A DNA stretch of 64,000 bases, from assembly GCF_031769215.1 (NCBI RefSeq), contig NW_026782064.1, positions 310,001-374,000 of the forward strand. The letters run 5' to 3'. The position numbers were made by a program, and so were the translations under genes. Positions 24,701 to 34,450 of the stretch are shown here, one piece after another; position 1 is the stretch's first letter; each line of letters opens with the position of its first letter. This DNA comes from Ylistrum balloti. Lineage: Eukaryota. Under the pieces are notes generated by a model. The model was given only the letters and a program-made list of their open reading frames with translations, was not told where the DNA came from and searched no databases.

Positions 24701-25167
24701 TATCAGAGTAATTCGCGTGGACGTTTATTGTATTCGTGTCTGTACATACGATAAAAGTTTTAGAACCAGACATTTCTTCACCTACACGAAACCAGATCCA
24801 TTTTCTGTTTACTTCTTGATAAACACAAATCAATCACACAAATAAGATTTCGAAATAAAATTTGTTACAAATTTCCTATGTTAAAGAAAACCGAAGTCAA
24901 TGACTATTTCCAACTTTTAATGCCAAATTATTTTTATTTACAGCAGATATCTAACTAACATGGCTTTAAAAGCTCATTAGCATTACATCTATGTTGTTGA
25001 TAAAGAGTGGCAAATACAAAATCTGAATATATGTAATAAATAAGTAAAAGTGAGAAGATGAGACTCACCTGTCCCTGCGAAATGGACAATCTGTGAAAGA
25101 TTACATTGATAGTAAAAACACCAGTCCATATTGTTCTGATAAAAGATCTTTCCCAAGACATATCCAT
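632..25167 (-). CDS. Secreted trypsin-like (S1A) serine protease with two N-terminal F5/8 type C (discoidin/FA58C) domains; 8 exons in window, 3' part continues beyond position 1
   Basis: Manually spliced exons 25167-25069, 11660-11496, 8583-8440, 8299-8161, 7849-7659, 6286-6160, 5239-4975, 771-632. All introns are GT-AG and phases are mutually consistent (0,0,0,1,0,1,2). Product has a hydrophobic leader, FA58C motifs (CTTPLG..ARLNG..W; [16 protein letters not shown]), RHKR|VVGG, GEWPW, CGASL, TAAHC and VLIGEHN. Catalytic Asp and Ser lie outside the window. Confidence 0.9.
2267..2968. repeat. 17/18-bp minisatellite (ctatactgccaacc-ctct/atcc/tcc), about 40 copies, intronic
   Basis: Unit directly visible; spacing of ctatactg is 18, 18, 17 bp and so on. 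Confidence 0.97.
4975..5239 (-). CDS. Serine protease exon 7: linker, activation site and catalytic His
   Basis: TTTTGTTTCGCAG acceptor and GA|GTAAGT donor; encodes SCG...[25 protein letters not shown]...[20 protein letters not shown]. Confidence 0.95.
6160..6286 (-). CDS. Serine protease exon 6: C-half of second FA58C-like domain
   Basis: ATCAG acceptor and G|GTACGT donor; [42 protein letters not shown] parallels exon 4 (VF...KCVRLIP...LRVELIGC). Confidence 0.85.
7659..7849 (-). CDS. Serine protease exon 5: N-half of second, divergent FA58C-like domain
   Basis: TCTCTTTCCTCCAAAG acceptor and AAG|GTAAAT donor; phase 1 to 0 fits both neighbours; C-terminal [21 protein letters not shown] parallels exon 3 [21 protein letters not shown]. 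The acceptor position is inferred. Confidence 0.75.
8161..8299 (-). CDS. Serine protease exon 4: C-half of first FA58C domain
   Basis: TTCTTGTAG acceptor and T|GTAAGT donor; [46 protein letters not shown]. Confidence 0.92.
8440..8583 (-). CDS. Serine protease exon 3: middle of first FA58C domain
   Basis: TTCTGACTTCAG acceptor and CAG|GTGGGT donor; [48 protein letters not shown] (V.G...QG....WVTS..V.YS motif). Confidence 0.92.
9150..9480 (-). mobile_element. Penelope-like retroelement RT C-terminal/3' fragment (decayed)
   Basis: Minus-strand [12 protein letters not shown] resembles the Penelope-like [20 protein letters not shown] motif; shares a 3' segment (ggagactcctga...gttcc..taagcgtcttctgcttca) with copies at about 25.8 kb and 43.8 kb. 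Confidence 0.7.
10725..10775 (+). mobile_element. CORE-SINE-like box remnant
   Basis: tgtccttgggtaagacaattaacccc resembles the conserved CORE segment (ttgggcaagtcacttaacc); no A/B boxes convincingly identified. Confidence 0.4.
10987..11500. repeat. 54-bp (51/66-bp variants) minisatellite starting exactly at the exon 2 splice donor, 9 units
   Basis: acctacctgt recurs at 11037, 11091, 11145, 11199, 11253, 11307, 11373, 11424 and 11490. Confidence 0.97.
11496..11660 (-). CDS. Serine protease exon 2: N-terminus of first FA58C domain
   Basis: Long pyrimidine tract TTCTTCTCTCTCTTTCTCAG and CAG|GTAGGT donor; [55 protein letters not shown]. Confidence 0.92.
14870..17310. repeat. 60-bp tandem repeat, about 40 copies
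   Basis: Unit ggatttaggacactgcaatggtaggttagacataggcccgaatggagtaaaagttggtcc aligns line by line in the 60-nt display. Confidence 0.99.
17690..20560. repeat. 36-bp/37-bp tandem repeat, about 78 copies
   Basis: gctggccctgatttagtaccgaaaggaagatatgat (36 bp) runs to about 18185, then mainly gctggccctgatttagtaccgaacaagaagacatgat (37 bp). Confidence 0.99.
21255..21885. repeat. 39-bp tandem repeat, about 16 copies
   Basis: Unit tctctagatattggcccggattaaacacacgacatcata. Confidence 0.99.
22025..22130. repeat. Short 39-bp tandem, about 3 copies, containing palindrome aatatcgatatt
   Basis: cgaaacacctcaaatatcgatattgtaaaacttgtttgg repeated. Confidence 0.9.
25069..25167 (-). CDS. Probable first coding exon (signal peptide) of the FA58C-serine protease
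   Basis: [33 protein letters not shown] ends at a strong phase-0 donor CAG|GTGAGT that matches the phase-0 acceptor at 11660. The link across a 13.4-kb intron is inferred. Confidence 0.65.
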
Positions 25168-25799
25168 GTCGTTGATGGAGCTGGTTGATACTTTTTCAGA
25201 TGTTGCGACTATTTGCCTCCACAGTTAAACATCCTTTCTGTCAGCATGTCACCAGTGGGAGCACGCGACTTGTGTGAGCGCTAACGGTATCCGCTGTTAT
25301 TGATAGCGGAAGATCCATAAATACGTCATCAGTTCTCGGCTTCAGTGACCATGGTGACTATCGTCAGGGACCCTAACTGAGAGTTTCACGGGGGTAGGAC
25401 TTAAGTTACACAACGACACAATTATATAAAGAAAAACCACACGACCTACATCTGGTTTGTTAAAACTATTTGAATAAGGTTACTTGGATAGACACAATCC
25501 GGATAGTTTATATACCAGTTGAGCAATAATTTATTTCTTAACCAACATATTAGTTACATCTATTGTTATTCACTGTACTCAACTTCCGGACATGGACAGG
25601 TACTCAACTTCCGGACATGGACAGGTATATCGGAGTCAGCTGCTCAAGGGACTGATACATTCCACGGGTAGTTTGGTTTTCTCTACAAAATGGTAAATCT
25701 CCACATTTTGAGAAAAAAACAAAAAACCAGCAAGAAAATACCAACGTGTAAACATAACGATAATCCAAATTTAATAAAACTGAAGCAAAATATTAACAG

Positions 25800-25900
25800 A
25801 ATAAAGACTTACATGGAGACTCCTGAAAAATAAACAGAGGGAAAATAAGACGAGGTGTTCCGGAAGAATAAACATCTTCTGTTTCATTGAAAAATAAACA
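25800..25900 (-). mobile_element. Penelope-like 3' terminal remnant
   Basis: ggagactcctgaaaa...gaggtgttccggaagaataaacatcttctgtttca is similar to the ends of the 9.2-kb and 43.8-kb fragments. Confidence 0.5.
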
Positions 25901-27890
25901 GTCCAAGGATGAAAATAAAGCCATCTTCTCGAACACAAGGATGGTGTTCTTTTCGCAATGAGACCAATATATGGTAGGAATATCCCCACAAATACCGAAC
26001 CACTGCTCTTTCAGCGATTTTGTCCATTTTGCAAAAGTCATTTGCCTGGTTACTTTAGAGTGCTACCTCTTTGACAAAAACTGACCAAATGACACCAGTC
26101 TTCGGGTACACAACCTTAAATAGTCTGGGAATAGTAGTGCTGAAAAAGGACACCAATCAGCCCTAGTACATGGAATAGTAACGTACGACTTTCCATTGGT
26201 CATGAAATGTAAATGGAGAGATATGATATTTTCATATTTTGAAAATTTCAGTGACAAAACTCTACGTCTTCCAGACAGTTACTCAATGTATAAGAGATAT
26301 ATTCTGAACTTATAAATTGTGGCTGTGCGAGATCTCGTGATACCCGAGGTATTTCCCAAAGAGTTATAAAGTATGATTATACAAAAGTAACCCAGATAAA
26401 CCAATTTTAAACTGACAGGCAGTACTCATAGCCGAGACTTTGAGATATGCCTCCATCCTTTGTACAGCTGACACATGAATAAAGTGAAAAATGGACAACA
26501 AATCGATTTGTTTGCATAATTTGTGGGGTGGGGGTGTTATTAAACACAAATCAACAACTGATGTTAAAAGTACTTATCTCGCTGCAGAATAGGCCCATAT
26601 CAAGCACACATAATGTATCAAATATTTAAAAATCTCTGTGTATCCATTAAAAATCTTACCCATTTTCGCTTCTGTATAAAGTGTCCCTCTCCTGCTGATT
26701 GTAGCTGTTTCACGGTGCATTTTTTTTTGCAGTTTTGTTTTTCCTTGGATTAGATGAACCCTCGATAAATATAAGTTTTCTGGGGATGAGAGGTCTCCCT
26801 ATTAATCTCTTTAAAGTTCAATGGATATATAAAATTGTGCACATGGATTAGACTGTGGTTATAAGAGTTTTAAACCAGATCCCCCATATTCTGTAACTAA
26901 CGCCACGACTTTCCTACAAGTGAAGAACTTTCACTTCTTTATTTGCTTATCTGGGGATACATGGAGTTTAGTCTCAAATATACCCCTCGACCCCCCCCCC
27001 CTACCCCACCCCCCACCCCACCCCCACACACAAATAAAAAAATAGAAATAAATAAAAATAATAAAACGTATCAATGAACAAAAATGATCTCACAAGTGTA
27101 GGTTTGTTCAGGAAGAAAACATCTGACTCTAAGGTTATAAATAAAGTAAAAAGCTGGGGGTTATTTTCCAGCCTGCCTATAATGGTAGAGTGATGATGCT
27201 ATATCTCCGACGAAACATTACATATATACTGTTTAATCAACAATTCTTTAATTGCTGTCGAAATATATAGAATAAGCAAAGCATATCAACATCATATCCG
27301 TACACATCTATCCTTAATTGGTGTTATAACGTACGATTTAGTGTGATTATTTTGATATAATGTCGACACAAATAAATCTACCGGTCAAAGAATCGTTCGA
27401 CATCACAAAATAATTCCTGGGTATATCTATACAACATCGAGGTCAATAGACGTCACACGTTTCAACTAAACGTCAACACCGATTGAAATCTTCGTAATGT
27501 TGGGCCGAAACACCGTAAGTCAATTTCCACCGTGAATGATATCGGAGAAACCGTGAATTACTATTAATATTTCTGCTACCCTGGCTATCGTACGCTGTGC
27601 TAAGTAGGGTCGTTATACGGTATCACAACAATAAGGGCTTGTAAATTGATATTTGTTAGGTTAACGATGATTATCAGCTAATCATAAATCATTGTCACCA
27701 CCTAAGGGATACAAAAGGGGAACAACAGGCTGTCTGAGGCTGTGCGAGTGTGTGGTAGAGCAGGAAAACCACGGTCTACAGTTGTCAGTGTAACGTAAAA
27801 TACATTATTGTTTCCAATATAAAGAAAAAACTCTTTGTCACTGTATAATAAAATATCTAATTGCAGAAAACAGAAATTGAAGTTGTCCCT

Positions 27891-28167
27891 GTAGAGAAAT
27901 GATAAAGATGATGTCATTGTAGAGAAATGGTAAAGATGATGTCATTGTAGAGAAATGGTAAAAATGATGTCATTGTAGAGAAATGGTAAAGATGATGTCA
28001 TTGTAGAGAAATGGTAAAGATGATGTCATTGTAGAGAAATGGTAAAAATGATGTCATTGTAGAGAAATGGTAAAGATGATGTCATTGTAGAGAAATGGTA
28101 AAGATGATGTCACTGTAGAGAAATGGTAAAGATGATGCCCTTATAGAGAAATGGTAAAGATGATGTC
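27891..28167. repeat. 28-bp minisatellite, about 10 copies
   Basis: Unit gtagagaaatggtaaagatgatgtcatt. Confidence 0.98.
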
Positions 28168-28719
28168 GTGTCACACTTTCGACTTGAAACTGACATTTGA
28201 TATTCAAATACTTCACCATAGCAAAAGAAAATGATGATTCAACGATGTGGCATTTTTCTCTAAATCACAACGATATAGTAAAAATAATAATTAATATTAC
28301 AATACACTTTTAGTACCATTGTATAAATCTGATACAATTGGATAATCTGGATGTGATGTTAAGATAAACATCACAGTTAAAGGTGTCTCGTTACATTAAG
28401 CTGTGGTACATTGCATTCCAGTTCTTTACGTCATGTTTCACACTTCAAAGAAGTTTCTTAACAAAAATGTGGTATTTACATGAGAATGACTCGTCATTAC
28501 CACGGATTATGACACAATAGAGTTTACATATAAGTCTGTATAATGTAAGGGATGATATATCAGACATTATAAACCTCTCTGACCCGTGATACATCAGTCT
28601 TTGTGTGTTGACCTATGTAACCGCAGATAAAATCCCGACAAGCGTAGTGTTCGAAGCACTTTACCTATAATGGTTTGTGTTGCTCAGAAAACTGCCAAAT
28701 GGACTAGTCTGTGTTGTTG

Positions 28720-28900
28720 AGGTTGTGTTCTTTGGCAAGACACTTAACCCTAATTGCTGTGGATGGCACGTGATGAGTCTCCCGTATGGTGTTCTGTGAG
28801 GAAGCCACCATCTAGCACAAAGACGATCCTGCCACACCATGTTCCTGGCTGTACAAAGGGTAATACACACAGGAAACACGTCTGTCTGACCACACTTGAA
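28720..28900 (+). mobile_element. CORE-SINE-like remnant
   Basis: gtgttctttggcaagacacttaaccctaattgc resembles the CORE segment and the box at 10725; the 3' extent is a guess. Confidence 0.4.
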
Positions 28901-29211
28901 GCTTTTAAATTTTTAAAAGAGAGACTGTCGAACTCAGTTTATTTGACCCAAACCTTAAACAAAGTCCTAACTTACCATTTGTGGTTATTCCAACGCCTTC
29001 GCTACCGTGGGAATACATGGTACCATTAGTGCATTATGTCAAGTATTAGTGTTAAAATATCTCAAACTCAGAAATAGAAGTAACATACACCCTCACACAC
29101 GCAGTGACATTAAAATTTTCAAAAAAATAATCACCACAATTACATCCTATCATAACGTTGATATCAGGAATCAATGAGGTAGTACTATAGTGAACTAAGC
29201 TGTAGGACATT

Positions 29212-32200
29212 CACAGTATACCAGACAGACCATGGAAAACATTCACAGTATCCCAGACAGACCATGGAAAATATTCACAGTATGGAAAATATTCACAGTA
29301 TCCCAGACAGACCATGGAAAATATTCACATATCCCAGACAGACCCTAGTATCCCAGACAGACCATGGAAAATATTCACAGTATCCCAGACAGACCATGGA
29401 AAATATTCACAGTATCCCAGACAGACCCTGGAAAATATTCACAGTATCCCAGACAGACCATGGAAAATATTCACAGTATCCCAGACAGGAAAATATTCAC
29501 AGTATCCCAGACAGACCATGGAAAATATTCACAGTATCCCAGACAGACCCTGGAAAATATTCACAGTATCCCAGACAGACCCTGGAAAACATTCACAGCA
29601 TCCCAGACAGGAAAATATTCACAGTATCCCAGACAGACCCTAGAAAATATTCACAGTATCCCAGACAGACCCTGGAAAACATTCACAGTATCCCAGACAG
29701 ACCATGGAAAATATTCACAGTATCCCAGACAGGAAAATATTCACAGTATCCCAGACAGACCCTGGAAAATATTCACAGTATCCCAGACAGACCCTGGAAA
29801 ATATTCACAGTATCCCAGACAGACCATGGAAAATATTCACACTATCCCAGACAGACACAGTATCCCTGGATTCACAGTATCCCAGACAGACCCTGGAAAA
29901 CATTCACAGTATCCCAGACAGAGGAAAACATTCACAGTATCCCAGACAGACCCTAGAAAATATTCACAGTATCCCAGACAGACCCTGGAAAATATTCACA
30001 GTATCCCAGACAGACCCTGGAAAACATTCACAGTATCCCAGACATACCCTGGAAAATATTCACAGTATCCCAGACAGGAAAATATTCACAGTATCCCAGA
30101 CAGACTCTGGAAAATATTCACAGTATCCCAGACAGACCCTAGAAAATATTCACAGTATCCCAGACAGACCCTGGAAAACATTCACAGTATCCCAGACAGA
30201 CCCTGGAAAATATTCACAGTATCCCAGACAGACCCTGGAAAATATTCACAGTATCCCAGACAGACCCTGGAAAATATTCACAGTATCCCAGACAGACCCT
30301 AGAAAATATTCACAGTATCCCAGACAGACCCTAGAAAATATTCACAGTATCCCAGACAGACCCTGGAAAACATTCACAGTATCCCAGACAGACCATGGAA
30401 AATATTCACAGTATCCCAGACAGACCATGGAAAATATTCACAGTATCCCAGACAGACTCTGGAAAATATTCACAGTATCCCAGACAGACCCTGGAAAACA
30501 TTCACAGCATCCCAGACTCTGGAAAATATTCACAGTATCCCAGACAGACCATGGAAAATATTTACAGTATCCCAGACAGACCCTGGAAAACATTCACAGT
30601 ATCCCAGACAGACCATGGAAAATATTTACAGTATCCCAGACAGACCCTGGAAAACATTCACAGTATCCCAGACAGACCATGGAAAATATTCACAGTATCC
30701 CAGACAGACCCTGGAAAACATTCACAGTATCCCAGACAGACCATGGAAAATATTCACAGGATCCCAGATAGACCCTAGAAAATATTCACAGTATCCCAGA
30801 CAGACTCTGGAAAATATTCACAGTATCCCAGACTGACCCTGGAAAATATTCACAGTATCCCAGACAGGAAAATATTCACAGGATCCCAGACAGGAAAATA
30901 TTCACAGTATCCCAGACTGACCCTAGAAAACATTCACAGTATCCCAGACAGATCCTGGAAAATATTCACAGTATCCCAGATAGACCCTAGAAAATATTCA
31001 CAGTATCCCAGACAGACCCTGGAAAACATTCACAGTATCCCAGACATACCCTGGAAAATATTCACAGTATCCCAGACAGACCCTGGAAAACATTCACAGC
31101 ATCCCAGACAGGAAAATATTCACAGTATCCCAGACAGATCATGGCAAATATTCACAGTATCCCAGACAGACCCTAGAAAATATTCACAGTATCCCAGACA
31201 GACTCTGGAAAATATTCACAGTATCCCAGACAGACCCTGGAAAATATTCACAGTATCCCAGACAGACCCTGGAAAATATTCACAGTATCCCAGACAGACC
31301 ATGGAAAATATTCACAGTATCCCAGACAGACCCTGGAAAACATTCACAGTATCCCAGACAGACCATGGAAAATATTTACAGTATCCCAGACAGACCCTGG
31401 AAAACATTCACAGCATCCCAGACAGGAAAATATTCACAGTATCCCAGACAGACCATGGAAAATATTCACAGTATCCCAGACAGACCCTGCAAAATATTCA
31501 CAGTATCCTAGCTAGACCCTGGAAAATATTCACAGTATCCTAGCTAGACCCTGGAAAATATTCACAGTATCCCAGACAGACCCAGTATCCCAGACAGACC
31601 CTGGAAAATATTCACAGTATCCCAGACAGACCCTAGAAAATATTCACAGTATCCCAGACAGACCCTGGAAAACATTCACAGTATCCCAGACAGACCATGG
31701 AAAATATTCACAGGATCCCAGATAGACCCTAGAAAACATTCACAGTATCCCAGACAGGAAAATATTCACAGTATCCCAGACAGAACCTAGAAAATATTCA
31801 CAGTATCCCAGACAGACCCTGGAAAATATTCACAGTATCCCAGACAGACCCTGGAAAATATTCACAGGATCCCAGACAGACCCTGGAAAATATTCACAGT
31901 ATCCCAGACAGACCCTGGAAAACATTCACAGCATCCCAGACAGGAAAATATTCACAGTATCCCAGACAGACCCTAGAAAATATTCACAGTATCCCAGACA
32001 GATCCCCAGGAAAATATTCACAGTATCCCAGACAGACCCTGGAAAATATTCACAGTATCCATGACAGACCCTGGAAAACATTCACAGTATCCCAGACAGA
32101 CCCTGGAAAATATTCACAGTATCCCAGACAGACCCTGGAAAACATTCACAGTATCCCAGACAGACCCTGGAAAACATTCACAGCATCCCAGACAGGAAAA

Positions 32201-32830
32201 TATTCACAGTATCCCAGACAGACCCTGGAAAATATTCACAGTATCCCAGACAGACCCTGGAAAATATTCACAGTATCCCAGACAGACTCTGGAAAATATT
32301 CACAGGATCCCAGACAGACCCTGGAAAACATTCACAGTATCCCAGACAGACCCTGGAAAACATTCACAGTATCCCAGACAGACCCTGGAAAACATTCACA
32401 GTATACCAGACAGACTCTGGAAAATATTCACAGTATCCCAGACAGACCATGGAAAATATTTACAGTATCCCAGACAGACCCTGGAAAACATTCACAGTAT
32501 CCCAGACAGACCCAGGAAAATATTCACAGTACAGACAGACCCTGGAAAATATTCACAGTATCCCAGACACACCCTTGAAAATATTCACATTATCCAACCC
32601 AGACCTCGGAAAATATTCACAGTATCCCAGACAGACCCTGGAAAATATTCACAGTATCCCCCTGGAAAATATTCACAGTACAGACCCTGGAAAATATTCA
32701 CAGTATCCCAGACTGACCCTGGAAAATATTCACAGGATCCCAGACAGGAAAATATTCACAGTATCCCAGACAGACCCTGGAAAATATTACAGATCATTTA
32801 TCCCAGACAGAACATGGAAAATATTTATAT
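29212..32830. repeat. 32-bp minisatellite with interspersed 26-bp deletion variants, about 110 copies
   Basis: cagtatcccagacagaccctggaaaatattca (32 bp) and cagtatcccagacaggaaaatattca (26 bp). Confidence 0.99.
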
Positions 32831-33127
32831 ACAGGTCTGTATATCATTTATACAGTATCCAACAGACCCTGGAAAAATTTATACAGAACATCAACATTGT
32901 AGCAGTATTTATATACAGGTCTGTATATCATTTATACAGAACATCAACATGGTATAAAAACCATTGACTCTCTAATAATAATGTTTACTTTTGATCCAAA
33001 GAAATCACTGAACTTTTCGATATTGCTCTGAATTTGTTACGTTTTTGTAATATCTTTACTTCTGTGACCTCTGTCTGACCTTTTACCCAATCTGTTTTTA
33101 ACACGCTCTTCTAAAAACATTCCTTAT

Positions 33128-33535
33128 ATAAAGCTATTTGATGTTTCCACCCTGTACACCACCATACCCCAATTATTCATTCGTTCTCTTGATATGAGGG
33201 CTTTCTTTTCAAAGAAAGATGATCGGCGGTATAGATATACGAGTGCGAACAATACAGGAGCGTATCTCGTTAAGCAATATGTCCAAAACAAAGGAGAGAT
33301 ACATGCAGGACGAGTTCATAAAAATAATCGAGTTTTTGGTAGACAACATCTTCGTCGATCTTTGAGGTAAGATCTTCCAACAGACTATTGACATTACTAT
33401 GTGAACTTACCGTGCCCCTTTGTTGACTGACATGTTTTTGTTTTCATACCAGGTTGAATTTTTCGAAGAACTTATCTAAACAGGTCACAAGTACCTTGCA
33501 AAGTCGTTTGATATTACTTTCAGATATGTCGTTGT
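33128..33535 (+). mobile_element. Penelope-like retroelement reverse transcriptase fragment (pseudogenised)
   Basis: Conceptual translation IKLFDVSTLYTTIP ... KKDDRRYRY ... [44 protein letters not shown] ... FDITFRYV matches Penelope RT motifs (FDFSTLYTTIP; FQQ.IGIPMGT..APLLA.LFL; TFRYIDD), with stops and frameshifts. Confidence 0.85.
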
Positions 33536-34118
33536 TGTTTGTTTGGATTTTTTTTAAAGCCATTGTCTTTGAGTGAAAACATTTAGGGTGTAAACGACGT
33601 GACGTGTTTATCACCTAACTTCTGTTCAACCGACTTAAACTACAAGTGACCATACTGGTGTTGGTAGAGGCATTGTACATGAACAAGGTCGAGTCTTTGG
33701 GTCAAACGGTTGAAGTTCTAGTAGATAACATTTCACCTGTAATTTCACATGTTCTGTACGTCATCGCTATCAAAATAAAGGTTGTCACGATTTCTGCACT
33801 ACTTTTGTTTTTCTTTATCAGCAAATCGATAACATAGAATTTTCCATTTTCGTGGAAAATTAATTTTTAAAGATAAGATATTTAAATGTTAATAGTGGTT
33901 ATTGGTTTAAAAAGTACATTATTGTAAAGCAAAATAAAAATCAATGAAATGAAGGTGAAACATTACCACAGAAATATTGACATGCAGGCTCTAAGACAAA
34001 GAGAAAAAGTCAAAGGGGTCCGGAAGTAAAAACGCCATCCGTTTCATCGACTACACCGGGTACTTGGTTTATTCACGTTACGAAAATCTTCGTTTATATT
34101 CATATTTGTTTTGGTTAT

Positions 34119-34338
34119 TGTGATGTATCCGGAAAGTCAATCGGTTCCGCCGGTCGACTCCGGCATTTAGTATCGCCGTAGAAAGCATTGTTATGAGCCG
34201 CCATGTTTGACGCTGTGTGTTCAGCGCGGTTTACGGATGTTTGCAAAGTGTAATACGTAGAGATACACCACGAATCTTTTACCCTCACTGGAGGATGGAT
34301 TAAACATTAAACCTAGAAGAGTTGTTTGTTCTCGCACA
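34119..34338 (+). repeat. 5' LTR of BEL/Pao element
   Basis: tgtgatgtatcc...ttctcgcaca, 220 bp, 9 substitutions versus the 3' LTR by eye. Confidence 0.97.
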
Positions 34339-34378
34339 GTAAAAGATTCGTGACGTTATCATCGAGCTACAGGTCAAC

Positions 34379-34450
34379 ATGAGTGTGCATTCGGAACCAG
34401 GTATGAGATCTCTCCGCACTAGAACATTGACATTACCAGCTTTGGATATG
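34379..34450 (+). pseudogene. N-terminal 24 codons of BEL gag, separated from the rest by the hAT insertion
   Basis: MSVHSEPGMRSLRTRTLTLPALDM joins in frame to YHDKVKTYYEK at 37498 when 34451-37497 is removed. Confidence 0.88.

Noticed and set aside
29264-32967. Many 70-355 aa ORFs (MENIHSIPDRPWKIFTVSQTD...)
   Set aside because: The 32-bp unit cycles through three frames, giving a 96-bp pseudo-period; artefact of a stop-free satellite.
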